Source: Bacteroidaceae bacterium (GTDB lineage: Bacteria; Bacteroidota; Bacteroidia; Bacteroidales; Bacteroidaceae). From it: a DNA stretch of 64,000 bases. The notes under the pieces were generated by a model. The model saw only the letters and a list, made by a program, of their open reading frames with translations. It searched no databases and was not told where the DNA came from. Shown here in pieces: positions 1 to 9,498 of this stretch. The position numbers and the translations under genes are program-made. The stretch is taken from positions 9,217-73,216 of the forward strand of contig JAZLKB010000059.1 in NCBI GenBank assembly GCA_045597365.1, in the 5' to 3' direction. The stretch's first letter is position 1; the number at the start of each line of letters is the position of its first letter.

Positions 1-240
1 ATTAAATGGAAGGATGTTTTAGGTGGGGTGATTTTCGGCACGGTTAATTTTTTCGCCACATTCCTTCTTGTTGAGGCAATGAAGACTATTGATTCGGCAA
101 TATTATTCCCGGCTCACAATGCGGGAATAGTGGCGATTGGTGCTATAGTAGGATGGACAGCGTTCAAGGAACCTCGGAATTGGATGCAGATTGCCGGTAT
201 GATACTGGCCACAGGAGCAATTGTGTGGTTGTGTATTTGA
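1..240 (+). CDS. C-terminal end of a multi-pass membrane transporter (5' end outside window)
   Basis: Frame 1 is open from base 1 to the TGA at 238-240. The translation is TM-helix-like (FFATFLLVEA, IAGMILATGAIVWL). The family cannot be assigned from about 79 aa. Confidence 0.5.
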   Translation: MKWKDVLGGVIFGTVNFFATFLLVEAMKTIDSAILFPAHNAGIVAIGAIVGWTAFKEPRNWMQIAGMILATGAIVWLCI

Positions 241-280
241 AAACTTTATATTAATTTTGCGGTGTAAAAACCGGAAGGTG

Positions 281-1054
281 ATGAAAATCAGGGAGGTTGT
301 TGATGCCCTTGAGAAGTTCGCGCCTCTGCCTCTGCAGGAAGAATACGATAATTCAGGCCTGCAGGTTGGACTGACAGAGACGGAAGTTTCAGGGGCTTTG
401 TTATGCATTGATGTGACCGAGACTACGGTCAACGAGGCTATTGCCCGTGGGTGTAATCTTATAATCTCACATCATCCATTGTTGTTTCATCCACTCAAGT
501 CGCTTTCTGACAAATCCGAGACTGAACGATGTGTATATCGGGCAGTGCAGAATGGAATAACCGTTTATTCAGCACATACGAATCTCGACAATGCCCGATA
601 TGGAGTAAATTATAAAATAGCTTCTGTACTAGGTTTGCGGCAGATAGAGTGGCTTGATTCCCATGGCGATGACTGTGGCTCGGGAATCGTCGGCCTGCTG
701 GATAAACCACTGCCCGAGGAAGCATTCCTGGACAAGTTGAAAGATTTGTTTTCTGTGAATCAACTGCGCTGTAATGGCAGATACGGCAATCCCGTATTGA
801 AGGTTGCTGTATGCGGTGGAGCAGGGGCTTTTCTGATTCCTAAGGCTGTGGCCTGTGGCGCTGATGTCTTTGTTACAGGCGAGATAGGATATCACCGGTT
901 CTTCGGCTACGACGGACAGATCCTTCTAGTTGAGATGGGGCATTATGAGAGTGAAAAATTCACCGTCTCATTGATTGAGTCAGTACTCCGCAAGGAATTT
1001 CCGGACATCCGGGTGACAGTGGCGGAATCTTCTAATCTGATAAGGTATTATTAA
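281..1054 (+). CDS. Nif3-like dinuclear metal centre protein (YbgI / GTP cyclohydrolase 1 type 2 homologue)
   Basis: The N-terminus MKIREVVDALEKFAPLPLQEEYDNSGLQVG, then ISHHPLLF and a C-terminal GHYESE, are typical of the NIF3 family. I moved the start to the ATG at 281, inside ORF 221-1054. Confidence 0.85.
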   Translation: MKIREVVDALEKFAPLPLQEEYDNSGLQVGLTETEVSGALLCIDVTETTVNEAIARGCNLIISHHPLLFHPLKSLSDKSETERCVYRAVQNGITVYSAHTNLDNARYGVNYKIASVLGLRQIEWLDSHGDDCGSGIVGLLDKPLPEEAFLDKLKDLFSVNQLRCNGRYGNPVLKVAVCGGAGAFLIPKAVACGADVFVTGEIGYHRFFGYDGQILLVEMGHYESEKFTVSLIESVLRKEFPDIRVTVAESSNLIRYY

Positions 1055-1066
1055 CATTATATTATT

Positions 1067-1897
1067 ATGGCAAAGGAAATAAAGAAAGATCCTTCGGAGT
1101 TTACAGTCGAGGAAAAACTGAAGGCATTGTATCAGCTTCAGACAATTCTGTCAAAGATTGATGAGATCAGGACATTACGCGGAGAGCTTCCCCTTGAGGT
1201 GCAGGACCTTGAGGATGAGGTTATCGGACTTACCACACGTATTGAGAATTACGAGAAGGAGATTGTTGCCCTCAACAAAAGTATATCAGAGAATGAGCAT
1301 AATATCGAGGCTAACAGGATTTCCATCAAGAAATATGAGGACAATCAGAATAACGTCCGCAACAACAGGGAGTTCGATGCCTTGAATAAGGAAATCGAGT
1401 ACTGCAATCTTGAGATAGAGCTAAGCGAGAAGAAAATACGCGATGCCAAGGCTTTGCTGTTGACCAGAAACGAGGATGTAGAGAGCAGCAAGGTTTTGCT
1501 GGCAGAGAAGCGCGATGATTTGGAGAGGAAGAAAATCGAGCTTGAAGAAATTGTTGAGGAAACCCGCAAGGATGAGGAAAGACTGCGCGATGAGGCAAAG
1601 GTTCTGGAGGGAAACATCGAGCCCCGTTTGCTTTTGTCATTCAAGAGAATCCGTAAGAACACCAGAAATGGCTTGGGTATAGTCTATGTGGAGCGTGATG
1701 CCTGTGGAGGTTGCTTTAACAAGATACCGCCTCAGAGACAGCTTGATATCCGTATGCGTAAGAAAATCATTGTCTGCGAGTATTGCGGACGAATTATGGT
1801 CGATCCGGAACTGGCTGGCGTGAAAATTGAGGTAGCCGAGCCTGTTGCTCCGAAAAAACGCTCTCTTCGTAAGAAAAGTGCCGAAGCTGAAGAATAA
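1067..1897 (+). CDS. Coiled-coil zinc-ribbon protein (COG1579/DUF164-like), usual Nif3 neighbour
   Basis: Long E/K/L-rich heptad-like region followed by CGGCFNKIPP...CEYCGRIM (two CxxC pairs). It lies 12 nt downstream of the Nif3-like gene. Confidence 0.75.
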   Translation: MAKEIKKDPSEFTVEEKLKALYQLQTILSKIDEIRTLRGELPLEVQDLEDEVIGLTTRIENYEKEIVALNKSISENEHNIEANRISIKKYEDNQNNVRNNREFDALNKEIEYCNLEIELSEKKIRDAKALLLTRNEDVESSKVLLAEKRDDLERKKIELEEIVEETRKDEERLRDEAKVLEGNIEPRLLLSFKRIRKNTRNGLGIVYVERDACGGCFNKIPPQRQLDIRMRKKIIVCEYCGRIMVDPELAGVKIEVAEPVAPKKRSLRKKSAEAEE

Positions 1898-1905
1898 CAG
1901 CTACA

Positions 1906-2355
1906 TCAGATGGTGTCGTAGGCAGGAATCTCATCGACAAAACTATAAGTGCCGGAGTCGTAGTCCATTCTGACGCAGTAATGTCTCATTCCATTGCTTA
2001 TTATCAGATAATCGACTTTCAGTACCAGGTTATATCTTGAAATCTGATCAAACACCTTCCTTGTAATATTTACTTCAGGTGCCTTGTACTCAACAATCAA
2101 TCTGGGTACAAGGCACTTGTCGTATGCGACAGTGTCACATCGCCGTGACAGGCCATTCAGATTCAATGAAACCTCGTTCATCAAATGTGTGGCAGGATAT
2201 CCCTTACATGTAATCAGATAATTCACGAACACCTGCCGTACGTGCTCCTCGGGTGTAAAAGCGACATATTTGCGGCGAACGGTATCCCATACTGTCAATT
2301 TGTTGTCCTGCTGCCCAAATTTCAACTGGCAGTCCGGTAAATTCAAGCTGAACAT
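1906..2355 (-). CDS. Stand-alone HsdR N-terminal (PD-(D/E)xK-like) domain protein
   Basis: 149 aa. RCDTVAYDK...PRLIVEYKAPEVNITRKVFDQISRY matches the D...E-x-K core of type I HsdR_N-only proteins common in Bacteroidetes. Confidence 0.6.
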   Translation of the reverse strand: MFSLNLPDCQLKFGQQDNKLTVWDTVRRKYVAFTPEEHVRQVFVNYLITCKGYPATHLMNEVSLNLNGLSRRCDTVAYDKCLVPRLIVEYKAPEVNITRKVFDQISRYNLVLKVDYLIISNGMRHYCVRMDYDSGTYSFVDEIPAYDTI

Positions 2356-2433
2356 TCGGAATCTGTTTTTGAAATAACTATATTTGTATTCCCGACCTGC
2401 GAATATAGCTATTTTAGGCGGTAATAGTAATAT

Positions 2434-3462
2434 ATGGCAACCGAAGTCTCAGTACGGCAGATTATATCCGACATAAAGGCCGGCAAATTCAGCCCTGTCT
2501 ATTATCTTATGGGCGAAGAGCCGTATTTTATAGACTTGATTTCAGATTTTATCGGGAATAACGTCATTCCCGAGGATCAGCGCGATTTCAACCAACTGGT
2601 CGTATATGGTCTTGACACTAATATGCAGACCATTCTTGAGCGTGCCAGATCGTATCCGATGATGGGCGACAGGCAGGTAATCATAGTAAAGGAGGCACAA
2701 CATCTGTCCAAAGACATTGATCTGCTGGTGTCGTATCTCTCGATGCCTCAAATTCAGACAGTGCTGGTATTATGTCATAAGAACGGCTCTCTCGATAAAA
2801 GGAAAAAGGCCGTATCTGTCATCGCTCAATCCGGAGTCTTGTTTACATCCAACAAACTGAAAGATAATCAGCTCATTCCGTTTGTGAACGAGTGTGTGTC
2901 GGAAAAGGGACTGTCAATCGATCAGAAAAGTTGCTCTATGATAGTCGAATCGGTCGGGGACAATTTAAGCCGTATTGTTACAGAACTTGATAAACTTGCT
3001 GTAGCAATGCCTGTGGGCACAAAGGATATTACTCCAAGCCTGATTGAAAAAATTGTGGGAATCAGCAAGGATTATAATGTTTTCGAACTTCGCGACGCTA
3101 TAGTGAACCGGAACATTTTGAAGTCGAATCAGATTGCCAGATATTTTGAAAAGAATACAAAAACATATCCGATTCAAATGGTTCTCGCTGTGTTATTCCA
3201 ATATTTTTCCAATTTGATGCTTGCCTGGTATGCGCCGTCAAAGACTGAACAGGCCATTGCCCAGCAACTTGGACTTAAAAGTACCTGGGGGGTAAAGGAC
3301 TATCTGACAGGTATGAAAAATTATTCGGCATTCAATGTCATAAATATCATCTCCGAGATAAGATATACAGATGCCCGCTCAAAAGGTGTAGATGCCTCGG
3401 GCAATACATCTGAAGGGCTTCTCAGTGAGCTTATCTTCAAAATATTACATCCTGAAGTCTGA
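2434..3462 (+). CDS. holA: DNA polymerase III delta subunit
   Basis: 342 aa. The N-terminus has the pattern KAGKFSPVYYLMGEEPYFIDLI, and length and helical C-terminal half fit HolA. Confidence 0.75.
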   Translation: MATEVSVRQIISDIKAGKFSPVYYLMGEEPYFIDLISDFIGNNVIPEDQRDFNQLVVYGLDTNMQTILERARSYPMMGDRQVIIVKEAQHLSKDIDLLVSYLSMPQIQTVLVLCHKNGSLDKRKKAVSVIAQSGVLFTSNKLKDNQLIPFVNECVSEKGLSIDQKSCSMIVESVGDNLSRIVTELDKLAVAMPVGTKDITPSLIEKIVGISKDYNVFELRDAIVNRNILKSNQIARYFEKNTKTYPIQMVLAVLFQYFSNLMLAWYAPSKTEQAIAQQLGLKSTWGVKDYLTGMKNYSAFNVINIISEIRYTDARSKGVDASGNTSEGLLSELIFKILHPEV

Positions 3463-3479
3463 CAATAATAAATACAGCT

Positions 3480-4964
3480 ATGACAATTAACGATTTAGAG
3501 CCAAAAAACGTATTTGGTAATTTTTACGGCATTACCCGACAGCCGCGTCCTTCAAAATGTGAGACCAAAATCAGATCCTATCTTTTGAAATGGGCTAAGG
3601 AACGTGAGATTGAAGCTTTTGCCGACGAGACTGGCAATGTGATAATGCGTGTACCTGCGACCCCGGGTCTGGAGCACCTCAAAGGAGTAGTACTTCAGGG
3701 ACACATGGATATGGTGCCTCAGAAGAATGCCGATAAGCAACATAATTTTGAGACAGATCCTATCGAGACATACGTTGATGGTGACTGGCTGAAGGCAAAA
3801 GGCACAACTTTAGGAGCGGACAATGGGCTCGGCGTTGCAATGGCGTTGTCAATACTTGAGTCGAAAGATATCAAACACGGACCTCTGGAGCTTTTGGTGA
3901 CATACGATGAAGAGACTGGAATGACAGGAGCTATGGCGCTGAAACCTGGAATCCTGAAGGGTGATATTTTGATTAATCTTGACTCTGAAGCCGAGGGCGA
4001 GTTATACGTCGGTTGTGCCGGAGGATTGAATGCCAGTGCATCGGCTACCTACAAACCCGTTCCAGAGCCGGCTAATCACACATGCTATTCATTGGAAGTC
4101 AAAGGTTTCAAGGGCGGACACTCTGGAATGGATATTATTCTGTGTCGTGCCAATGCCAACAAGGTCGCAGCGCGTATATTGTACAAACTGATCAATGATT
4201 CCGATGTGAAACTCATTGATATGGAAGGCGGCACCCTGCGTAATGCTATTCCGCGCGAGTGCTTTGCTACTGTGTATGTGCCAAATGACAAAACCGAGGA
4301 GGCTGAGAACATTGTCGCATTTACATCTGCCGAGGTTAAAGACGAGTATGCAGTTACCGATCCGGATTGTAAGATAGTATTCAAGCCATACGAATGCGCC
4401 GAAGGCGAGACTTGCAATCCAGAGGAGTGTAAATATGTCGATTCAGATACTGCCCTGCGCTTTATCAGGGCAATAATAGCCTGTCCTGATGGTGTTGAGA
4501 GAATGAGTGATCAGATGCCGGGAATGGTCGAGACTTCGAACAATATGGCTATGGTAAAGATAAGTCTCGGTGAATTTTACGTTAATTGTCTTATACGCAG
4601 CTCAGTTGAGAGCGCAAAACAATTGTTGGCGACAAAGGTTGAATCTGTGTTCTCGCTTGCAGGGGCAACGACGGAATTTTCCGGAGGTTATTCAGGGTGG
4701 GCACCAAATGCCTCATCGCAGATTTTGCATATAATGAAAGATGAATATAAAAAACTTTATGGTAATGAGCCCAAGGTGATGGCTATTCACGCTGGTCTGG
4801 AATGTGGTATTTTAAGCGGCGCTTATCCGCATTGGGATATGGTGTCTTGCGGTCCTACATTGATGAGTCCCCATTCACCCGACGAGCGTGCGTATATTCC
4901 ATCTGTTCAGAAGGTCTGGGACTTCTTGAAGGCCGTTTTGGTCGCAATTCCCGCTAATGACTGA
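3480..4964 (+). CDS. pepD: Aminoacyl-histidine dipeptidase (Xaa-His dipeptidase, M20C)
   Basis: 494 aa with LQGHMDMVPQKN, GTTLGADNG and YDEETGMTGA metal-ligand motifs typical of PepD. Confidence 0.85.
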   Translation: MTINDLEPKNVFGNFYGITRQPRPSKCETKIRSYLLKWAKEREIEAFADETGNVIMRVPATPGLEHLKGVVLQGHMDMVPQKNADKQHNFETDPIETYVDGDWLKAKGTTLGADNGLGVAMALSILESKDIKHGPLELLVTYDEETGMTGAMALKPGILKGDILINLDSEAEGELYVGCAGGLNASASATYKPVPEPANHTCYSLEVKGFKGGHSGMDIILCRANANKVAARILYKLINDSDVKLIDMEGGTLRNAIPRECFATVYVPNDKTEEAENIVAFTSAEVKDEYAVTDPDCKIVFKPYECAEGETCNPEECKYVDSDTALRFIRAIIACPDGVERMSDQMPGMVETSNNMAMVKISLGEFYVNCLIRSSVESAKQLLATKVESVFSLAGATTEFSGGYSGWAPNASSQILHIMKDEYKKLYGNEPKVMAIHAGLECGILSGAYPHWDMVSCGPTLMSPHSPDERAYIPSVQKVWDFLKAVLVAIPAND

Positions 4965-5406
4965 ATGATTCTGTAGTTCCGTCGGAATATACAACTATAA
5001 TATTCGTTATTTTTTTATCGTAATTGATTGATCCTGAGATACGTTGCGGCGTATTCCCAGGATCTTTCATCTCGTTGTGGCTGCGATTTTCCGAAACAAC
5101 CGTATTCTTGGTCGGGAATATTGTATTGTCGGAGTTTTCAGATGGAAATAATTCTGTTTGATAGGTGTTTGGCACCTGCGGTCTCTCGTTTTCCACTTGT
5201 TGTTTGGATTGACCGGTGATAAGCCATTCCAGATCCAAGTCGGGGTAGGTCGAATATATTTTGGTAACTACATCAAGACTAGGATTGTTTCTGCCTGTGA
5301 TTATGTGATGCAAAGTAGCACGTTGTATTCCAACAGCATCTGCAAACTGAGATGCTGTCATTTTTTTTTGCTCTATAATAGAAAGTAATCTTTCTTTCAT
5401 TGACAA
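4954..5406 (-). CDS. XRE-family helix-turn-helix transcriptional regulator
   Basis: N-terminal HTH: KKMTASQFADAVGIQRATLHHIITGRNNPSLDVVTKI. The C-terminal half is low-complexity. It faces a 590-bp AT-rich intergenic region. Confidence 0.7.
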   Translation of the reverse strand: MSMKERLLSIIEQKKMTASQFADAVGIQRATLHHIITGRNNPSLDVVTKIYSTYPDLDLEWLITGQSKQQVENERPQVPNTYQTELFPSENSDNTIFPTKNTVVSENRSHNEMKDPGNTPQRISGSINYDKKITNIIVVYSDGTTESFSH

Positions 5407-5886
5407 TTGATGTTTTTGTTAGTGCAAATGTAACATATTCAAATGTATATTACAAGTGTTGCACGATTACATATGTAGCGAGGCAGAACTGATATACATT
5501 TGTTTGTCCATATGGTGATACTATTGTATACTGTATAAGCCGTGAACATCTTCTGTGTTGTAATATACTTCATAAATTTTAGCTAATTCGCTGATTATAC
5601 ATAAATAGCGATATAAATTACGACACATTTCGTCACTTTGCGCGCAGTATACAATCGATTATGCCCCATGCTGGCAACCAAGTTTGGTTTATGCAGTATA
5701 AATATCAAGTAATCAAGCACTCATGCTATGTATTAATAATGTATAATCTTTAGAAGTGCATCTTGTATATGCCATTGCTGTTAAATATTACAAGTGTACA
5801 GGAGTGTAACTATTGTAAATGCATGCACTTTTTCAGTTTACAAATATATATTTGGTACAAATGCTGAATACATTCCTTGTGATTAC

Positions 5887-5903
5887 AAATGTAAATTACA
5901 TTT
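5887..5903. promoter_or_regulatory. Perfect 17-nt palindrome AAATGTAA-A-TTACATTT, candidate operator
   Basis: Read directly in the AT-rich spacer between the XRE gene and the LRR lipoprotein gene. The half-site AAATGTA/TACATTT recurs near 5425, 5442 and 5496. Confidence 0.3.
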
Positions 5904-5999
5904 CACAATTATTAGCAGTAGTGAAAAAATTTATACAATTATTTGCAATTACCATATTAATATGTAGATTTGCTACAGAAAACCTAATTTTAGACAGAT

Positions 6000-6929
6000 A
6001 TGAAAAAGATTTTATTTGTAGCAGTCATGCTGGCTTGTCTTGTTGGTTGCAAAACAAGTAAAAACGCTCAAGAGATTGGACTTGGTTCACAAGACGTGTG
6101 GCAAACAATGCTTGTAAAGCAGTTGGAGTCGAAAGTTGAGGATAATATAATCACTGTAAAATACAATAATGGCTCTACGCTCTGCTACACTATTTTGGAT
6201 AACTTCGGTCACGTTGGCTTGACCTGGGATCATAATTCCCAGAATTCATTCGACGAAGGCAAGAGCAGCTATAAAGGCCAGATTGAGATTCCTTCGTTTG
6301 TAACGACTGGTGATCACGATGAATTCGTTTTCCAGGTAATCCAGATTGATGAGAATGCATTCTATGGATGCAACAAAGTCACAAGTATCAATATTCCATA
6401 CAGCATCGGCATCATACGTAGAAATGCATTTACGGATTGCACCTCATTAAAAGAAATAAGGGTAAACGAGAACAATGTATCATATTGTGATCAGGATGGA
6501 GTACTTTTCAGCAAGGATTTGCGTATGATTGTCCTATATCCAGCAAAAAAAACCGGCTCGGAATATGAGTTGCCGCATAATGTCTCAATTGTATGCACCG
6601 AGGCCTTCAAAGGAAACGAGAATCTCACAAAAGTCACATTGGGCAATGAGGTGACAGCAATCAGTGATTATGCCTTTATGAATTGCACAAAGTTGCAGGA
6701 AATGCGCCTTGGACGCAGCGTCAGGATTATCGGTGCGCAGGCTTTCAAGAATTGCCCGAGTCTGGCTTATATTTACTCGCCAAACTTATTTGCTCCACAT
6801 AATTCACCCAAGGTTTTTGATGACTCTATCAAGGAAACCTGTAAGGTCACTGTTCCTAGAGGGCAGAAAGCAAATTATTCACGCCAGCTGGAATGGAGCG
6901 AATTCAAGAACATTCAGGAAGAGTGGTAA
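6000..6929 (+). CDS. Leucine-rich-repeat (BspA-type) surface lipoprotein
   Basis: Lipoprotein signal MKKILFVAVMLACLVGC, then repeated ~23-aa units (I..NAF..C..L..I.L). This is typical of Bacteroidales BspA-like LRR proteins. Confidence 0.8.
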   Translation: MKKILFVAVMLACLVGCKTSKNAQEIGLGSQDVWQTMLVKQLESKVEDNIITVKYNNGSTLCYTILDNFGHVGLTWDHNSQNSFDEGKSSYKGQIEIPSFVTTGDHDEFVFQVIQIDENAFYGCNKVTSINIPYSIGIIRRNAFTDCTSLKEIRVNENNVSYCDQDGVLFSKDLRMIVLYPAKKTGSEYELPHNVSIVCTEAFKGNENLTKVTLGNEVTAISDYAFMNCTKLQEMRLGRSVRIIGAQAFKNCPSLAYIYSPNLFAPHNSPKVFDDSIKETCKVTVPRGQKANYSRQLEWSEFKNIQEEW

Positions 6930-6953
6930 AAGGCTCAATAAATCGGACATAAG

Positions 6954-6981
6954 AAAAGGCTGGATGCGTTTCCAGCCTTTT
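6954..6981. terminator. Bidirectional intrinsic terminator hairpin
   Basis: AAAAGGCTGGA (6954-6964) pairs perfectly with TCCAGCCTTTT (6971-6981) across a 6-nt loop. An A-tract and a T-tract flank it. It sits between convergent genes (LRR + and pyrD -). Confidence 0.7.
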
Positions 6982-7006
6982 CCATTATATGTAATTCTAC
7001 AAATTC

Positions 7007-7918
7007 TCAGACTATCAGACCGCCGATAATATCGCTGACCGAGTCGATGTTATGCCTGTCAAGATATTCGTTTATACCATCAATGATCCTGACGGATATT
7101 GACGGATCGATGAAGTTGGCTGTTCCTATCTCAACGGCAGATGCTCCGGCAAGCAAAAACTCAATTGCATCAGAAGCGTTGCTGATGCCTCCTATTCCGA
7201 TGATAGGAATGGTTACGGCTTTTGACGTCTGCCAAACCATTCTGAGAGCTATCGGTTTGACTGCAGGACCGCTCAATCCGCCTGTTATTGTCGATAATAG
7301 AGGCCGGCGGCTTTCTGCGTCGATAGCCATGCCAAGCAATGTGTTTATCAGTGAGACGGCATCTGCACCGGCATCTTGGGCTGCTTTAGCAATCTCGGTA
7401 ATATCGGTAACATTAGGTGATAATTTGACTATCAATGTCTTATTATATACTTTACGTACTGCTGATATAACCTCGCTGGCACTTTCGGGCTTTACGCCAA
7501 AGGCCATTCCTCCTTGCTTGACATTCGGGCAGGAGATATTCAATTCAATGGCAGGTATGTCGTCCAGATTGTTGATTATCTCTGCGGCAGCAACATAATT
7601 GTCAATCGTAGAGCCTGATACATTTACAATAGCCGGGCATCCCAGTTCTTTGACGGTAGGGTAGATATTGCTGATAAAATAACCAACTCCCTTATTCTGC
7701 AGTCCAACTGCGTTCAGCATTCCCGAGGCTGTCTCGGCCATGCGGGGATACGGGTTGCCTTCGCGTGGAGCTAGTGTCGTACCTTTCACTATTATGGCAC
7801 CAAGGCGTGAGACATCAATAAAATCGGCATATTCAGTTCCATAACCAAATGTCCCAGAGGCAGTAAGGACGGGATTCCGAAGTTCAAGACTTCCTATTTC
7901 TGTATTTAATCTTGCCAT
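7007..7918 (-). CDS. pyrD: Dihydroorotate dehydrogenase B, catalytic subunit
   Basis: [25 protein letters not shown] and IGIGGI motifs. I placed the start at MARLNTEIG (ATG 7918), inside ORF 7007-7963. Confidence 0.9.
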   Translation of the reverse strand: MARLNTEIGSLELRNPVLTASGTFGYGTEYADFIDVSRLGAIIVKGTTLAPREGNPYPRMAETASGMLNAVGLQNKGVGYFISNIYPTVKELGCPAIVNVSGSTIDNYVAAAEIINNLDDIPAIELNISCPNVKQGGMAFGVKPESASEVISAVRKVYNKTLIVKLSPNVTDITEIAKAAQDAGADAVSLINTLLGMAIDAESRRPLLSTITGGLSGPAVKPIALRMVWQTSKAVTIPIIGIGGISNASDAIEFLLAGASAVEIGTANFIDPSISVRIIDGINEYLDRHNIDSVSDIIGGLIV

Positions 7919-8685
7919 AATAATTTGTCTGTTGTAAATACCGGACCTTCTTTGCAAACACAAACGTTGCCTTGCTTTGTCTGCTCAACACAACAAAGAC
8001 AAGCACCGATTCCGCAAGCCATTTTATGCTCCAGTGATACTTGGCAGGCGGTTCCTGTCGAGGCTGCATATCTGGCTACGGCCTTCATCATAGGTGTCGG
8101 ACCACAGGCAAAAATGTAGTCAAACTGTTTATCTTTTAATATTGAATGGTCTGTTACAAAGCCTTTTATACCGTGTGAGCCATCTTCGGTCGTAGTGAAG
8201 ACCTTTCCTATTTTTTCAAATTCCGGCATTCGCAGCAAATTGTCTTTTTTTCTGCCTCCGAACAGAAAGGTAGGTTCAATACCATCGGCTCTCATGGATT
8301 TGCCTAATAGAAGAAGCGGGGCGATTCCTACGCCACCTCCAACTAACAATGGGCTGGACAATCCCTTGCCGTAATCGAATCCGTTTCCTAATGGTAAAAT
8401 AACGTTTACAACACCGCCTGCCTTGATTTTTGACAGTGTCTCCGTCCCATTTCCGGCGCGACGTATAAGGAATCTGACAACATTTTCTTCTTTGTCAACA
8501 TCATGAATAGATATCGGGCGTCTGAGGAATGTGCTGGAAGAACCTTCAACAAGCAGCTCTGCAAATTGACCGGGTATAACGTCGGGTAACGGCCTGCTGC
8601 CGGTCATATCCAACATAAATGTGTCATCTGATACCGGTACGTTGGATATTACTTTTAAATCTAATTGATACTTCTTCATTATCAA
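7906..8685 (-). CDS. pyrK: Dihydroorotate dehydrogenase electron-transfer subunit (FAD/2Fe-2S)
   Basis: RRPISI FAD-binding motif and C-terminal cluster CGIGACLCC...VCKEGPVF. It overlaps the pyrD start, which is the classic pyrK-pyrD arrangement. Confidence 0.85.
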   Translation of the reverse strand: MIMKKYQLDLKVISNVPVSDDTFMLDMTGSRPLPDVIPGQFAELLVEGSSSTFLRRPISIHDVDKEENVVRFLIRRAGNGTETLSKIKAGGVVNVILPLGNGFDYGKGLSSPLLVGGGVGIAPLLLLGKSMRADGIEPTFLFGGRKKDNLLRMPEFEKIGKVFTTTEDGSHGIKGFVTDHSILKDKQFDYIFACGPTPMMKAVARYAASTGTACQVSLEHKMACGIGACLCCVEQTKQGNVCVCKEGPVFTTDKLLWQD

Positions 8686-8701
8686 TAATGTACGTTTCTA
8701 A

Positions 8702-9379
8702 TCATTCTCCAAGGAGGTCGGGTCTCAGGTTGCGGGTTCTCTCAAATGACTGTTGAAGTTCCCAATCGCTGATTTTGCCCTGATCGCCGGAAAGTAGTAT
8801 TTCCGGTACTTTCCAACCGTTGTATTCAGCAGGGCGTGTATATACAGGAGGAGCCAACAGGTTATCCTGGAAGCAATCTGAAAGTGCAGACTGTTCATCG
8901 CTCAATACACCGGGAATAAGGCGTACAATGCTGTCTGTCATTGCTGCTGCCGCCAGCTCGCCGCCGGTAAGAACATAGTCGCCTATGCTTATTTCTTTCG
9001 TAATCAGATGCTCACGTATTCTGTAGTCAACACCCTTATAATGACCGCACAATATAATCAGATTGTCGAGCATGGACATGGAATTTGCCATCTTTTGATT
9101 GAAGCGTTCACCATCAGGCGATGTGAAAATAACCTCATCGTAATGTCTTTCTGCCTTTAAAGCGCTGATACATCGGTCTATAGGCTCAATTTTCATAACC
9201 AGCCCCGCGCAACCGCCGAAAGGGTAGTCATCTGTTTTATGGTGCTTGTCGGTGGTGTAGTCACGTATGTCATGAAGATGTATCTCGGCCAATCCTGCTT
9301 TTTGGGCCCTGGCCATCATTGAGCAGTTGAAAAAGCCTTCAATCATCTCCGGAAATACTGTCAGAATATCGATACGCAT
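8702..9379 (-). CDS. trmD: tRNA (guanine37-N1)-methyltransferase
   Basis: [12 protein letters not shown]..., [14 protein letters not shown] and [12 protein letters not shown] are typical TrmD. The start is at the internal ATG 9379. Confidence 0.9.
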   Translation of the reverse strand: MRIDILTVFPEMIEGFFNCSMMARAQKAGLAEIHLHDIRDYTTDKHHKTDDYPFGGCAGLVMKIEPIDRCISALKAERHYDEVIFTSPDGERFNQKMANSMSMLDNLIILCGHYKGVDYRIREHLITKEISIGDYVLTGGELAAAAMTDSIVRLIPGVLSDEQSALSDCFQDNLLAPPVYTRPAEYNGWKVPEILLSGDQGKISDWELQQSFERTRNLRPDLLGE

Positions 9380-9498
9380 ATTTTTTCGTTTGATATGCGG
9401 CAAAGTTACAAAAAATGACGATTGTTGAGAACTATGGCTATGCAATAGACTGATAATTGCCTTTATTAAAGTATTTTTGTGCAATTGCGTATTTTGGA

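Noticed and set aside
5361-5369. A/T homopolymers as phase-variation switches: T9 in the XRE gene, A8 at ~6546 in the LRR gene, A8 at ~33340 in zorA, T7/A7 in mod, T8 at 59192-59199 in the AAA+ gene
   Set aside because: All are in frame at present and lie in AT-rich sequence, where such runs are expected by chance. Without read-level length variation there is no evidence of switching. Only the G7 tract at 45733-45739 coincides with an actual frameshift.
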